A DNA stretch of 64,000 nucleotides. Origin: Octopus bimaculoides. Taxonomy: Eukaryota. The DNA is taken from assembly GCF_001194135.2 (NCBI RefSeq), contig NC_068984.1, forward strand, positions 97,022,538 to 97,086,537, in the 5' to 3' direction. Position numbers and translations under genes: made by a program. Numbering within the stretch: position 1 is the first letter of the stretch; each line of letters begins with the position of its first letter. The notes under the pieces are model-generated. The model was not told the origin of the DNA. It saw only the letters and a list, made by a program, of their open reading frames with translations, and ran no database searches. Positions 24,950 through 38,516 of the stretch are shown here, in pieces.

Positions 24950-25475
24950 TCATTCAAACTGCTCTGTCAAATAAAATGTTTATTCACATTGTTTTGGATT
25001 AATCATGCATCATCTCATAGTTTCAATATTTTGGTGATATGATTGTTTATTTTAAAATGACATTGTAGGGTTGGTGTGAGAGGCTGGATATGGCAGAATA
25101 TTTGGGCCGGATATGACCTGTTTAAATGTGAAAGGGGTGAGGCATACTAGAGTACAGTGGTTGCTCAGTGGTGGGGATAAAGTCTGTTTTCTGGACTCCT
25201 GAGTGGTTAAAGTTTTAGAGAGTAATATATCTCATCCTGAAATTATTTCGGGGTTTATATAACCCATGAAAATTGATTTGTAAATATCTCTTAAATCTTT
25301 AGCATTTAAACTGACCATATCTGGCACAGATATTCCAGTCTTTCACATCTACCCTACAATGTCACCCTAAAAATAAACAATCGCATCATCGGAATCTTAA
25401 AGTTATAATTAATTCAAAACAATGTGAGCAAATAAGCATCACACATGACAGAGTAATCTGAATGTTAAAGGGTTA
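24950..25475. mobile_element. Two piggyBac-type MITE copies in inverted orientation (24950-25140 and 25300-25475)
   Basis: TTAA-CCCTT...AAGGG-TTAA termini; the second copy is the reverse complement of the first. Confidence 0.7.
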
Positions 25476-26544
25476 AACTTCCTCGTAAACAATAAAGTCC
25501 CTCAAGAAGCCAATATTAAGCTGAAAATCCCCCGATTCTACACCACACTACCACTGCATGCACCATCCTTGCCAGATGCAGTTGTTGTTGCCATCAAATG
25601 CAGCTGTTGTCATTTTCACAACCTCCACCACCACCATCATTGTACTACCAACATTACATCTTCTACTACCACTACCACCACTGTACAACTACCACTTGTA
25701 TATCCTGTACTACCATGCCATCATAACCTCAACCACTTTCACCACTACTATCTCATACCATATCTTCATCACCTCTATTACCACCTCATTATATCTCACC
25801 AACAACCAATATTACCACACTTCTACTACCCACTTTCACTACCACCTTACTCACTCCTCTGCCTTTCTTTAAATCAGTTTTGTTTTTCTACGACTGACAC
25901 CATCAAGTAATATGTTGTTGGCAGAATGCTGGGAGAGAATGTGTGTATGTAATGCTATTCAGTATTAATGAATGTCTTCAAACATTATTAAACACCTGGG
26001 GGTGGGGGATAATAATGAAGCCTTTAATTCTGTTCTTTTCTCATCACCAAAAACACCTTCCCATAATGCACTGCACATTCCTGCTACTTTACTATGCAAA
26101 TAAAATAGGAATATGTTTGTATTAGGCACACACACACACACACACAAGCATGGCTGTGCGTTTACAAAGTTTTCCTCCCAATCATGTAGTTTCAGGTTTA
26201 ATTCCACTGTGTGGATTCTTGGGCTGGTACATCTTCTACAATAGACTCTGGCTCACCAATGCATTGTGAGTGGGTTCTTATATGGAAATTGTATGCATAT
26301 GCAAACCTATGCACACTCGCACACAATTATATGCTAGGCCAATAATTCCCAAACCTTGCGCCATGGCAAACTGGTGCGCTGCAAGATGTAATTAGGTGCA
26401 CCTTGGAAAAGTAAGATTATACAAACCGAAATTCACTAGAATTCATATATAAATATCAAAGTGGCAAAAAACTAAATTCTAAGAGTTGGTTGTGTCATTC
26501 AATTCATGTAGGCTACTTATGGTATGAACATATTCAGTGCACGA

Positions 26545-27400
26545 CTATCATCATCATCATCATTTAACGTCTGCCTTCCATGGACGATTTCACTGAGGAC
26601 TGGCTAACCAGAAGGCTGCACCAGATGCCCTTCCTAACACCAACCACTCCGAGAGTGTAATGGGTGCTTTTACGTGTCACTGGTATGAGGGCCAGTCAGG
26701 TGGTACTGGCAACGGCCATGCTCAAAATGGTGTTTTTTATGTGCTACCTGCACAGGAGCCAGTCCAGCGGCACTGGCAATGACCGCCCTCAAATGTTTTT
26801 TCACGTGCCAGTAAGGCGACGCAGGTAACGATCACACTCAAATGGTGCTATTTACATGTCACTGGCACGGAAGCCAGACAGCTGCTCTAGCAATGATCAC
26901 GCTTGGATGGTGCTCTTAGCGCTCTACTGGCACAGGTGCCAGTCATCGAATTTGGTTCAATTACGATTTCACTTGCCCCGACAGGTTTTTACAAGCCGAA
27001 TTTAGTGTCCAACGAAGGAGGGTTGGCATGGGTGCCAGTCGTCGAATTTGGATCGATTTCATTTGCCTCAACAGGTCTCCGCAAACAGAGTTTAGTGTCC
27101 AATGAAGGAAAGGTACACATAAGTGGGCTGGCTACACCCCTGGCAGAGGCCTCGGATTATGGTCTCACTTGGCTTGCCGGGTCTTCTCACGTACTGCATA
27201 TTTCCAAAGGTTTTGGTCAGAAGTCATTGCCTCGGTGAGGCCTAATGTTCAAAGGTCATCCTTCACCACCTCATCCCAGGTCTTCCTGGGTCTACTTTTT
27301 CCACAGGTTCCCTCAACCGCTCGGGTGTGGCACATTTTCACACAGCTATCCTCATCCATTCTTGCCACATGACCATACCAGCGCAATCGTCTCTCTTGCA
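26545..27400 (-). mobile_element. 5'-truncated RTE-clade LINE (ORF2 C-terminus, 3'UTR and (GAT)n tail)
   Basis: Minus frame VQERRLRWYGHVARMDEDSCVK...GKSRPRKTWDEVVKDDL. The tail is shared with 30735-30925, 31905-32150, 51958-52186 and 57180-57365. Confidence 0.85.
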
Positions 27401-27749
27401 CACCACAACTACGTTTTAGTTTATTTCAGTCATAGCCTCAGCAGTTTTCATTTCAATATTAAATGTGAAAAATAAACTTTTTAACTAAAATATACAATGT
27501 TGGACTAAATTTTTTAATACATTCTCATGTATTGCAGTTGTATTCCAGTTTTTTTTTCGTTGATATAGTGGCGAGAATTTTCACCTTTACAATTAATTTT
27601 GAAAGACTTCTCAAGAGAGTCCGATAATATGTAATACACTGCCACTTTTCATAGCTCACTGGCCACTTGTCTCAGTCTCAGTTTGATTCTATTAGAAATC
27701 TGTGCTCTTTGTGCAAGACAATTCATATTAACAGGCTAAATTACCCATA

Positions 27750-28015
27750 AAATGGAAAAGTTTATTAACAGGAAATATAACTGTGACGATTATGAATCTG
27801 AAAGTGAACGTTTGTCAAAAGCAAATAAGTGTAGTGATAATAATGCGAAAGCTCGATCCAATCATAAATATTGCAATAGCTATTTAAAATTTGGGTTTCA
27901 TTGGACTGGCAATGAGCATCAACTTCTGCTGTGAGTTGTTTGTGGTAAAAAGATGCCTAATGAAGGCATGTTGTCCAGCAAGTTGAAAAGACAGTTTACT
28001 ACTAAACTCTCTTTT
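27750..28015 (+). mobile_element. hAT (Buster/Charlie, ZBED5-like) transposase N-terminal remnant
   Basis: KYCNSYLKFGFHWTG...VVCGKKMPNEGMLSSKLKRQFTTK, a decayed BED-finger region, truncated by the LINE at 28016. Confidence 0.75.
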
Positions 28016-29548
28016 TGTGGAGAAATGGGTTGATAAGGTAATCGAGGTAGTCAAAGTCTGTGATAGAATACTTAAGATTAGATTAGTGCTGCAACATGGG
28101 TCAGCAACTATTATCTCCGCTTATGCCCCTCAGCCAGAGTACCTTGTTGACGAATGACGGGGACCTTCTGTTTGTGGCTGGCGACTTCAATGAACATGTT
28201 GGACAACATGCAGGGGGTTTCCATGGTGTACGTGGAGGCTATGGTTTTGGCTCCCACAATGAGGAGGGAACCAGGTTGTTGGAGTTCTGTGATGCAAATG
28301 ATCTTATGGTTTGTAATATTAACTTCAGGAAACCTGTCAGTCACCTATTCACCTACCGATCTGGTGGACACACTAGTCAAATTGATTTCCTCCTCTCCAG
28401 GAACCGGGAAAGCTGGCTATTTATAAATGCCAAAACCTTCCCAGCTGAAGAATGCACCCCACAAGTTAGCAACTTCAAAATCAGGGCTAAATGGATGCCC
28501 AGAAGATGACCAGCATGGAGAAGAAGGGTCTAGAAGCTTAAAGACACTGCAAATGGACAGAGATTTAGAGACGTATTACTTGAAGCTTTTGATGAAATAG
28601 AGGGGGATATAGTATCACATGATGTGGAAGACAACCTGTTCAGGGCTACTGACCAGATCTGTGGATGGTGCAAGTCCCCTCTCAACCCAAAGTAACATGG
28701 TGGTGAAACAATGTAGTTGACAGGACCATTAGGGAAAAGAAACAAGCATGGAAGCACTGAAAGAATAGTAGTTGTAGTAGGGAATTGTATCAGATTGCCA
28801 GAAGGGAAGCTAGGAGACAGGTTTACTTAGCCAGAGGGGAAGCAGATAAGAAAAAATTTACCAATGTTCTGCATCGTGAGGACCAGAATCTTGAAGTGCT
28901 TCATGTTGCAAGACTGTGTGAGAGAGAATCTTGATGTCATCGGAGAGAAATGCATCCGCATGGATGATGGATCACTTGCATTTAATGAGGCTGCAAAGAA
29001 AGAGACTTGGAGACTCCACATTGACAAATTGCTAAATGAAGAGAATGACTGGGAGAAAGAGAGTCTGCCAAATGTCAACCCAACAGAGGGACCAGCTATT
29101 TGAATTGACAGTACCTTGGTAAATAAAGCAATTAAGGGTATGAAGACGGAGAGACTCTGGCCTATCAGGATTCACTGCAGTGATGCTTAAAATATCTGGC
29201 GGTGAAGGTCATAGTCTAGTTACCCATATAGTTAATCAGGTGATACATGAAGGAGTCATACCCAATGACTGGTGTAGCCGCACCATAGTCAACTGCTACA
29301 AAGGTGAAGGTGATGCACTAGATACGAATAATTACAGAGGTATCAAGTTTTGGATCAGGTGATGAAAGTCATGGATAGAATCATAGCCCAACTAATTAAG
29401 GAGAGAGTCAGTTTAGGCGAGATGCAGTTTGGGTTTGTGCCAAGGAAAAGCAACACTGATGCTATATTTCTGGTAAGACAGCTGCAGGAGAAATGCCTAG
29501 CCAAAGATGTACCTGGCTTTCGTTGACATGGGAAAAAGCCTTTGACAA
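28016..29548 (+). mobile_element. Decayed RTE-clade LINE (APE endonuclease plus RT N-terminus)
   Basis: AGDFNEHVG...NEEGTRLLEFC...TYRSGGHTSQIDFLL, NYRGIK, QFGFVPRKS.TDAIFLVRQLQEK, with stops and frameshifts. Confidence 0.92.
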
Positions 29549-30020
29549 TGGTATATATACATTAAATATGATAAACTGATGATGTTTATTATTTAATGTT
29601 GTTTCAACTGCGTCTTTCTATATATATGTGTGTGTGTGTGATAATTTACCAAGTAATTCTTATTGCACCATTTATAAACTGTTGCATTGTTCCACAAGTT
29701 CACTTGTCTGATGATTGATTACATTAAATTCAAATTTGTGAGGATTTTCAGCTTCAGTAAAAACAATGTATGTGTGTGTGCATGGTATTTAAATAGTTGT
29801 TGTGGCTTTTCAACTTCAGTAGGATGTGTGTTCCTTCTGCTACACAGAGGTATATTTCTTTAATCTATTCATACCTAACTTTGATCTCTCAAGGACCATC
29901 TATTTGTTGCTGAAATCAATGTTGTCTTTCACTTTCTATTTTTGGTTTCCTAATTTTGTGATATTTGTTATGTCAGTATGCTTGAATGATGGCTTGTAAC
30001 TATAAAATCTTTGCTTATAG

Positions 30021-30067
30021 TGGTTTTGGCTTCATATACAACTGACTTAAACTGCTTGCCTGATCTG
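30021..30067 (+). CDS. Candidate internal exon of gene D (VLASYTTDLNCLPDL); a possible 30-nt exon lies at 29820-29849
   Basis: Acceptor ctttgcttatag and strong donor CTG|GTGAGT. One open frame, phase 1 to 0, matching the next exon. Confidence 0.55.
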
Positions 30068-30534
30068 GTGAGTAGGATTCTGGATTTCAGCAAAAAGGGT
30101 CTTGAACAGTCTGTTTGGGGTGCGGTGGGGTGTTGTGGGGATGGGGTTTCAGACTGCGATGATAGCCAGTCTATTAAAGATTATTTTACATCTATTACCT
30201 TCATAGAAAAGCTTATTTTGTAGGACCAGAAACTTTTTCTGCATTAGTTGTAACATTTAAAAAGAAGGCATGGTGAACCATATTAATAATTTTCTAGATT
30301 TAATTTAAGAGTACATTCATACATATACATGTGTGTGTGTTTGGGGGCACACACACATGATGGTATATTAGGAGCTTTCTGATTGTTTTTTTTTTCTTTT
30401 TCAAGCTGTGCTCTTATTGTTGCTACTGTATGTTTGTTTATATGTTGTTGCTTTATTTTTGTTTACATATACATAAACAATTAAAATAAACTTTTACATC
30501 AATATCCTAACATTGTTATTGTTGTCTATTCCAG

Positions 30535-30591
30535 CTGAACCAGGCCAACAATGAAGAAGTTATAGATATTGATGAAACACATGACAATTTG
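30535..30591 (+). CDS. Candidate internal exon of gene D (LNQANNEEVIDIDETHDNL)
   Basis: Acceptor gtctattccag and donor TTG|GTAATT. 57 nt, only frame 0 is open, and it is phase-compatible with 30021-30067. Confidence 0.55.
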
Positions 30592-31508
30592 GTAATTATT
30601 TACTTTTATTTCTTTTACTCTTTTAGGGTTTGGGCAGCACTCATGATTCTTGTTTACTGCACCTCCCTCAGTGGGATGAGTCAGGTGGGGATTGGATTTA
30701 AACTAACCGTGACTCAGAGATTAATGCAGTATATATAAAGTGGTTGGTGTCAGGAAGGGCATCCAGCCTTATGAAACCTAACCGAAACTAAAACAAGCAA
30801 GTGAGATATGATCCTCTGGCCCATTCAGGTGAGCAGAACCACCAAGTATATGCTGACTTTGACTGTGGTAACCTGTCCAATCCACGCTAGCATGGAAAAT
30901 GGACACTCAACAATGGTGATGATGTAGCTCAATCAGAAAAGGAGGGGAAGAAGGTGAATAATGCCATGACATTTAGCAGAGTCTCAAAGACTACAAAGAG
31001 AAAGGTTGCTGCTTTGTTTAACTTGAAATAAATTCTGATTGTACAGAATTACAATCACACACACTCTGGCCATGATCAATACCAGTCTGTCTTGAGTTTT
31101 TATATTCATTAAGTTGGGCCTTATCTCATATTCCCAGGCTGCTGCAACTTTAACCTCCAGCTACTGTTGGTACTTATTTCAGCTGGGTGCAGTATAAGAT
31201 GAAGTGAATTGCTTCCCTGGGAATAGAACCTGTGACTTCAAGATTATGAGTTGAACAGTTTAATCACTAGGATACACAGCTTAACTCGCACGTGCATCAG
31301 GTGTGTATTTTGTATAAATGTGCGCTTATGTATGAGTATATGATATATGTATGATTATATTCAGTGCATATCATTTTTGGTCATGCCCAGGAAAGTGCTA
31401 GAAGGGAACATTCTACTACAGGAAACAAACGATTTTATTCTCTCCTTAGTTTTCTGTATTTTGTTCTCTGTAAAAATGCTCTGTATAAGTATATAGATAT
31501 ATTCACCA

Positions 31509-31544
31509 ATCCAAGAAAAGACTGAATGCAGTCTTTTCTTGGAT
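31509..31544. repeat. Perfect 16-bp hairpin with a 4-nt loop
   Basis: ATCCAAGAAAAGACTG-aatg-CAGTCTTTTCTTGGAT. Confidence 0.9.
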
Positions 31545-32899
31545 CTGTGAATCCTCATATGTGGAAAGTTACACTGAGGAGATTCTTGCCCACAACAATG
31601 GATTTTTGTAATTCTTTTATGGGTGGGAGTCGAAGCAATTGTATGTAATTTGTATTTAATATTTATTTATTATATTATGTTATATTATCGTAAAGGAATA
31701 TATAATGTGGTATTGTGCTGGTGAATTTTAGATTTTAGCTTTTGAATTGACAATTATGTATATCTCCATTTTCTATTCATTTTTATAAATTTAATATATA
31801 CCCATGTAATTTGTAAGGTTTTCTCTGCAAAATTGGGTGTTTAATAGTGGAGCCAGTGGAAGATTGGATGTTTTCATCCCTATTTTCCTTGGATTATATA
31901 TATATAGGCATGTAAAAAGCACCATTCAAATGGGGTCGATGTCAGTACCACTTGACTGGCCCTCATGCTAGTGGCACATAAAAAGCACCCACTACACTCT
32001 CAGAGTGGTTGGTGTTAGGAAGGGCATCCAGCTGTAGAAACCTTGCCAGATCAGATTGGAGCCTGGTGCAGCCTTCTGGCTTGCCAGTCCTCAGTCAAAT
32101 CGTCCAACCCATGCCAGCATAGAAAGCCGATGTTAAATGATGGTGATGGTGATATTTATATATTAACAGAAGAGATTTACACAGTGTACAAAGATACAGA
32201 AAGCTAAGGGGAGAATAAAGTCATTTGTTTTCTGTAGTAAAAGCTGCATGTAGAGATCCCTAGGTGGGCCCAAGAATTGTTTATCCATGAGTGTAATCTA
32301 TTGGTAGTGCTCAGCCAAGCAGAAGCTATAGAGTAAGCAGATGAGATCCAAAGATGCTCAATATAGAAAACAGTTGCACTCATATAATTTGAACTTATAC
32401 TCTGAAATCTTTAATGAGGATTAAGTCTGTGGGATAAAGAGTGGCTATAAGAGGAATCCAGGGGAACAGATATGGAGATAATGAGCAAAGAAAACAAACA
32501 AAACCACATGGGCTAGATATATAAAATATACATACATATATACATGTAAATAGAGAGAGACAAATACTGAAGATATTCAGATGATGAACATTCATATATA
32601 AAAATATAGATATTCATATATTAGCAGAGCAGATTTACACTGAGTGCAAAGATGTAGAAAACCATGAAGACAATAAAGTCATTTGTTTTGTGTAATATAT
32701 ATATATATTTGCATACACATATATATTATATGGATATGCATAATATATATACATACATGTGTACACATTCACACATGCATGCTTAAGAAAATGAAGAAAA
32801 TGGGTAAAAATTTACATACAGCTGTTTCTATTTAAAGACATTCAAATTCATACATATGTGTATGTTTATTTACATATATACACACGCACATGTATACAT

Positions 32900-33045
32900 G
32901 CATACATACATACATATATACACACATACACATACATAGCTGTATATATGCACATGTGCATATATATATATATATATATATGCACATGTGCATATATACA
33001 GCTATGTATGTATGTGTGTATATATATGTATGTATGTATGTATGT
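32900..33045. repeat. Near-perfect palindrome centred on (TA)n
   Basis: ...catacatagctgtatatatgcacatgtgca(ta)n tgcacatgtgcatatatacagctatgtatg... Confidence 0.85.
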
Positions 33046-33047
33046 AT

Positions 33048-33430
33048 AAATATATAATTTAGAGAAAAGTTCATGAACTCGTCAATAAAAATCCACAGTC
33101 ACAAATAGAAAAAATTAATAAGTAAATACACTAAAAAGAAGTATAATGAAATACAAAGTAAAAATCATAAAATAAAACGACTACACATGTTTCATAGCCA
33201 AATTTTCAAATAAAAAATAAAATATAATTAATTCAATCGAAAATCAATTCTACTCAAAATATTAGTTATGAAACACGTGTAGTTGTTTTATTATTATTAT
33301 TTCATGATTTTTACTTTGTATTTTATTATACTTCTTTTTAGTGTAATTACTTATTAATTTTTTCTATTTGTGACTGTGGATTTCCATGGATGAGTTCATG
33401 AACTTTGGTTCTTTTCTCTAAATTATATAT
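33048..33430. mobile_element. AT-rich foldback MITE with ~150-bp inverted arms and a ~70-bp spacer
   Basis: 33048-33198 is the reverse complement of ~33268-33430 (aatccacagtcacaaatagaaaaaattaataag / cttattaattttttctatttgtgactgtggatt). Confidence 0.85.
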
Positions 33431-33545
33431 TGATATATTATATACTGTGAAACTTAATTTAATTTTAATTCTTGATAAATTGAATTTGAGTTTTTACCTG
33501 TAAATTTAGATTTTTATCCCTAATATTATTATTATTTTTATTATG

Positions 33546-33596
<51 letters not shown>

Positions 33597-33614
33597 ATAT
33601 ATATATATATATAT

Positions 33615-34072
33615 TTTTTTTACTTGTTTCAGTCTTTTGACTGTGGCCATGCTGGAGCACCGCCTTTAGTCAAGCAAATCAACCCCAGGATTTNNNNNNN
33701 NNNNNNNNNNNNNNNNNNNNNNNNNNNNNNNNNNNNNNNNNNNNNNNNNNNNNNNNNNNNNNNNNNNNNNNNNNNNNNNNNNNNNNNNNNNNNNNNNNNN
33801 NNNNNNNNNNNNNNNNNNNNNNNNNNNNNNNNNNNNNNNNNNNNNNNNNNNNNNNNNNNNNNNNNNNNNNNNNNNNNNNNNNNNNNNNNNNNNNNNNNNN
33901 NNNNNNNNNNNNACGACAGGCTTCTTTCAGTTTCCGTCTACCAAATCCACTCACAAGGCTTTGGTCGGCCCGAGGCTATAGTAGAAGACACTTGCCCAAG
34001 ATGCCATGCAGTGGGACTGAACCCGGGACCATGTGGTTGGTAAGCAAGCTACTTACCACACAGTCACTCCTT
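33615..34072 (-). mobile_element. SINE family B copy spanning a gap
   Basis: Reverse complement of 21747-22105. Confidence 0.85.
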
Positions 34073-34283
34073 CGTCTATATATATATTAAGATAAAACTT
34101 ACTTGGAAAAGATGTGTGGCGTTCGATCATATAATAATATAAATAATATATAGATATATGCATATATCTATACATATATGTACATACCTACATCTATATG
34201 TATGTATGTATACATATAGATGTAGGTATGTACATATATGTATGGATATATGCATATATCTATATTTTATTTATATATATATA

Positions 34284-34323
<40 letters not shown>

Positions 34324-34799
34324 GTGCTGTTTCGAGATGGATGACACACTATTGTAGATTCTCCAGCGCATCACTTCCCTTAGCTGCTTCATGAGAATAA
34401 AGTTTTCAGAGATGTCCCCATCCTTCTTTAATCACAAATGTTTAACTACATCTTCTAACGATTGGAACAAAACCAATGGGGAGTGTATCGAAATCAAACT
34501 ACAAAATATATTATCTGATTAATATCTACTACCCTCCCCCTGTTGCATTTGTCTGAACCATCAATGCAATAGTTATTGATCTCTTCTCTCCTTCTTGAAC
34601 AATTAATGATATTCTTTTCAATTTGTTGTTATGGTGGTGGTGAAGGTGGTTGTGGTAGTGGTGATGAGCTCTTGGTGCAGAGCTATTTACTTGTGGTGTA
34701 GTACTAGCTGTATGAATGTTTCTCATTGGTAGTGGTGGTACTAGTGATGATAATGATGATGGTGTAATAGTTATTATCCTAACTAGTGCAATTGTTAGC

Positions 34800-35660
34800 A
34801 CACTGGACAAAATGCCTAACAGCATTTCTTCAGCTTTATGTTCTGAGTTTAAATTCTGCCAAGATCAACTTTGCTTGTCACCCTTTTAGGGTCAATAAAA
34901 TAAGTACCAGTTGAACACTAGGGTCAACCATTTCTTTCACAAAAATTTCTTGTTTTATACCTGCATTTGAAAGAAGTATTTAGGATGATGGATTAGCAGA
35001 AGCTTTAGAGCATCGTACAAAATTATTGCCTTACAGCATTTGTTCTGACTTGTATTCTGCTTTCAAATCCTGTTGAGTGCAACTTTGCTCGTGTCAATAA
35101 AATAAGTACCAGTCAAGTGCTTGGGTCAATGGTAACAATGAAACCCTTCCTCTCAAAATTACAATGTTTGTACCTAAATCACAAATGATAGTAGTAGTAA
35201 TGATGATGATAATGATAATAATAATGACGATGATTTCAAGTTTGGGGGGGGGGGTTAAGTCGATTACATTGCCTCAGTACTCAACTGGTACTTACTTTAT
35301 CAAACCCAGAAGGATGAAGGGCAAAGTCAACCTTGGCAAAATTTGAATTCAGATCATAAAAATGAATGAAATGACACTAAGCATTTTGCCTGGCATGCTA
35401 ATGATTCTACAAAGCTCACTGCTTTTATTAAAACGATGAGTATATTAATAATCCTTTCTACTAAAGGCACAATGCCTAAAATTTGGGGGAAGGGACTAGT
35501 TGATAATATCGACCCCAGTGTTTCACTGGTACTTAATTTATCAACCCCGAAAGGATGAAAGGCAAAATTAATCTCAGCAGAATTTGAACCCAGAACATAG
35601 CGTTGGGCGAAATACCACTAAGTATTTCATCCAGCTTGCTAATGATTCTGCCAGCTCACA
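34800..35660. mobile_element. Cluster of CpG-decayed SINE family A copies in both orientations; another cluster lies at ~37845-38385
   Basis: Family A consensus with CG to TG/CA changes. Confidence 0.75.
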
Positions 35661-35820
35661 GCCTTAAAATGATGATAATAATGATAATATTTCATATACA
35701 CACAACAGATTAGGCTGTTGAAAAAGAAAAATTCCTAACATCAGACAAGTAACCTTAGATGCCAAGAACCTTCCTAAGTATCTTAGCTGTCCCTAATAAT
35801 GCTATTTTCTGGAGTTGCAC

Positions 35821-35865
<45 letters not shown>
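35821..35865. repeat. (ATT)n microsatellite. Other large SSRs include (TG)/(TA) 38484-38660, (CT)n 56994-57150, (TA)n 60516-60560 and (ATT)n 63662-63705
   Basis: Seen directly in the sequence. Confidence 0.95.
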
Positions 35866-35867
<2 letters not shown>

Positions 35868-36388
35868 CATCACCTCTAATTCAAAATATCTAAAAGAGGT
35901 GAAGAAAAAAGAATAATGCAAAAATGTAGATGTTTGCAGACAGAATGAAACTGAGATTTGATTGAGATGTGATAAGGTCTTGTGAGCAAGCTCTCTGTGC
36001 CTGTCTGGGTATCTCCCCAACCCCTCACCCTTTCTTCCTTAACTAAACTTAACATGCTCATACATATACACCCATACAGCACATACCCACCACTAAAGGT
36101 AATTTAAAATTAACAGCTGAAGGAGATTGCTGTGGAAAGGAGTTGATTGCTGAGTGCAATTATCATTTTAATCATAGTTGATGATTAAATGGCAGTAGTG
36201 GTGGAAGTGAGGACAGCAGTTAATGCATCACATCAAAGTATTTACATTATGTTGATGTTGTTTAGCCCCAAGCTATCCTTGATTGAGCAAATCTAAGATC
36301 AAATACATTCTAGACACGACCATCCCAATTTTTTTTGAAGATATATAGGGACCACATTATCAAAGGTATCCTTCCTTCCTTTGTTTAA

Positions 36389-36608
36389 CCCTTTAGCATT
36401 TAAACCGGCCATATCCAGCCCTAATATTTTTCCTGTTTTATGCTCAAGCTAACCAGATCAGGCCTCTTACACCTACCCTACAATATCATACCTAAAGTAA
36501 AGAGTCATATCATTGAAATCTCAAAGCTACAAAACAATACATGAGTAATTCAAAGTAATGTAAATATATAAGCATTACATTTGATAGAGTAACCTGAATA
36601 TTAAAGGG
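36389..36608. mobile_element. piggyBac-type MITE inserted into a family D SINE
   Basis: TTAA TSD at 36385-36388 and 36609-36612; TIRs CCCTTTAGCATT / AATATTAAAGGG. Removing it rejoins the SINE. Confidence 0.85.
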
Positions 36609-38479
36609 TTAAGATGTGTGATTTGAAGGAAATTCTGCTACTGTTTCTAGCAGACCAAGCAACTATGTTACAGCTTCTTTGTTGATTCATTATGATGGTG
36701 AAGATGATAGTATTGGTGGATATATGGTTCTTGATCTGATGTGGAAACAGTTAAACTCTTTCACTTGGCCTTGAAAAAGCTCCTCATGTTGTCATACTAC
36801 CTGTTGGGTATAGCAGCCAGTCACATCTCCCTAATATTACACCCTGCTGACGTAACCCTTCAGCTGTGAAATTAAATTTCATAGTTTTTTTATAATAACG
36901 ATGTTAAATGTTTAAACGATGTGAAAAGTAGAATTGATATTTTCTGCAAGTCATATTGCCACAATAAGCTTGACATATCTCAAAAAAGAATAGTTTCAAA
37001 CATGAGATTTCTCAACAAAAAATTTCTATGTAAATCTGCTTTCTGCAGTTAAGAGTAATGAAATTTTGAGTGGATTTATCTGCACTCTGCTGTAAAAGGG
37101 TTAAAGAAGATTGGCCATATCAAATACATCCTAGATACATATTACCCACAAAAAGACAAGATTGTCATTGCTGAAATGTTTTTTACTGTAGTTTTGCTCA
37201 GTCAGTCTAACCTGGGTCTAAAGTCAACAATAATGAGGCTGTTGTTGTTGCTACTGCATATATTTGTTGTTAGGAACAAGAATATTTAACGATCCCCTGT
37301 GAGTGATTATATTTATATTTAATAAAGTTTGCCATGGCTTTTGTTCTCATCACAAAGTAATCATTTCAGCTCAATGTTACTGTTTTGATTTTTGTTGTTG
37401 TTATTATTATTATTATTATTGAATGAGAGAGAAGTGCATGCCATCAAAGTGACACTGGGGTAAAGTATATGAAGCCCAGTTTACCCGTCTGATAAGGGTA
37501 CACAAGGCACATGCATCACAACCATATGTGCGCGACATGGTGATCTCATATCAAAGTAAACAGTGCATGACCTTGCAGGCGGGGCCCAGTTAGAATTTTC
37601 ATCAGGTGGAGTAGCCCATCCCACTTGAATGGTCCCAGAATAAGGATTGTTAAAGGATGTTGAATGAAACACCCATGTTTCTCGAGGTGAATTATTCAAA
37701 CCCCAAAGAATTCCTCTCAACACATGGCTATGATGCTCCCCCACTACTTTTGCTCATGATCAGAGATGCACATATTGTCAGCCACTAAGGGACATGTTCA
37801 ACTGGTTACAATCAAACAACTGACAAGCAAATCTGTGGTACTGAGCATAGCATCGGAGTTCAAATCCTGACAGTTTTACTTTTCATTTCCCTAAGGTTGA
37901 TTTCATCAACTAACCTCTTTCCCCCAAATTTCTGACCTTGTGCCTTCCTTAGAAACAATTATTATTAAAACTGTTAGAGCATTTGAAAGAACTGCTTTAC
38001 TGTATTTGCTGCAACTATTTACCTTCTGAGTTCAAAACCTGTCGTGTTCAACTTTGCCTTTCATCCATTCATGGTTAAGATACCAGTCAAGGGTTAGGAT
38101 CAGTCGTGGAAGGGAGGGGACTAAACCCTTCTTTCAAAGTTGCTAGCAGTGGTGCCAAAATTTGAAGCCATTTTTATTGAAGACATCAAGCTGACAGAAC
38201 TGTTAGAATGCCAGACAAAATGCTTAGTGGAATTTCATCAGTCTTTATGCTCTGAGTTCAAATTAAGCTGATGTCAACTTTGCCTTCCACCCTTTTGGAG
38301 TTGATAAAATGGGTACCAGTCAAGTACTAGGGTTGATGTAATTGACTTACTCTTCCCCTCCAAATATGTTAGCCCTCTGTCAGAATTTCAAACTATTATT
38401 ATTTGGTAGAATTTGTAGTGTTTTAGAAAAAATGGTTTGTGATATATGGTTGCACTTTTCGTTCTTCTGATTTCAAATC

Positions 38480-38516
<37 letters not shown>

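Noticed and set aside
25558-25910. His/Thr-rich ORFs here and similar Ile/Tyr/Cys/Val-rich ORFs elsewhere
   Set aside because: They are translations of (CAC/TAC)n, (TA)n and (TG)n low-complexity DNA.
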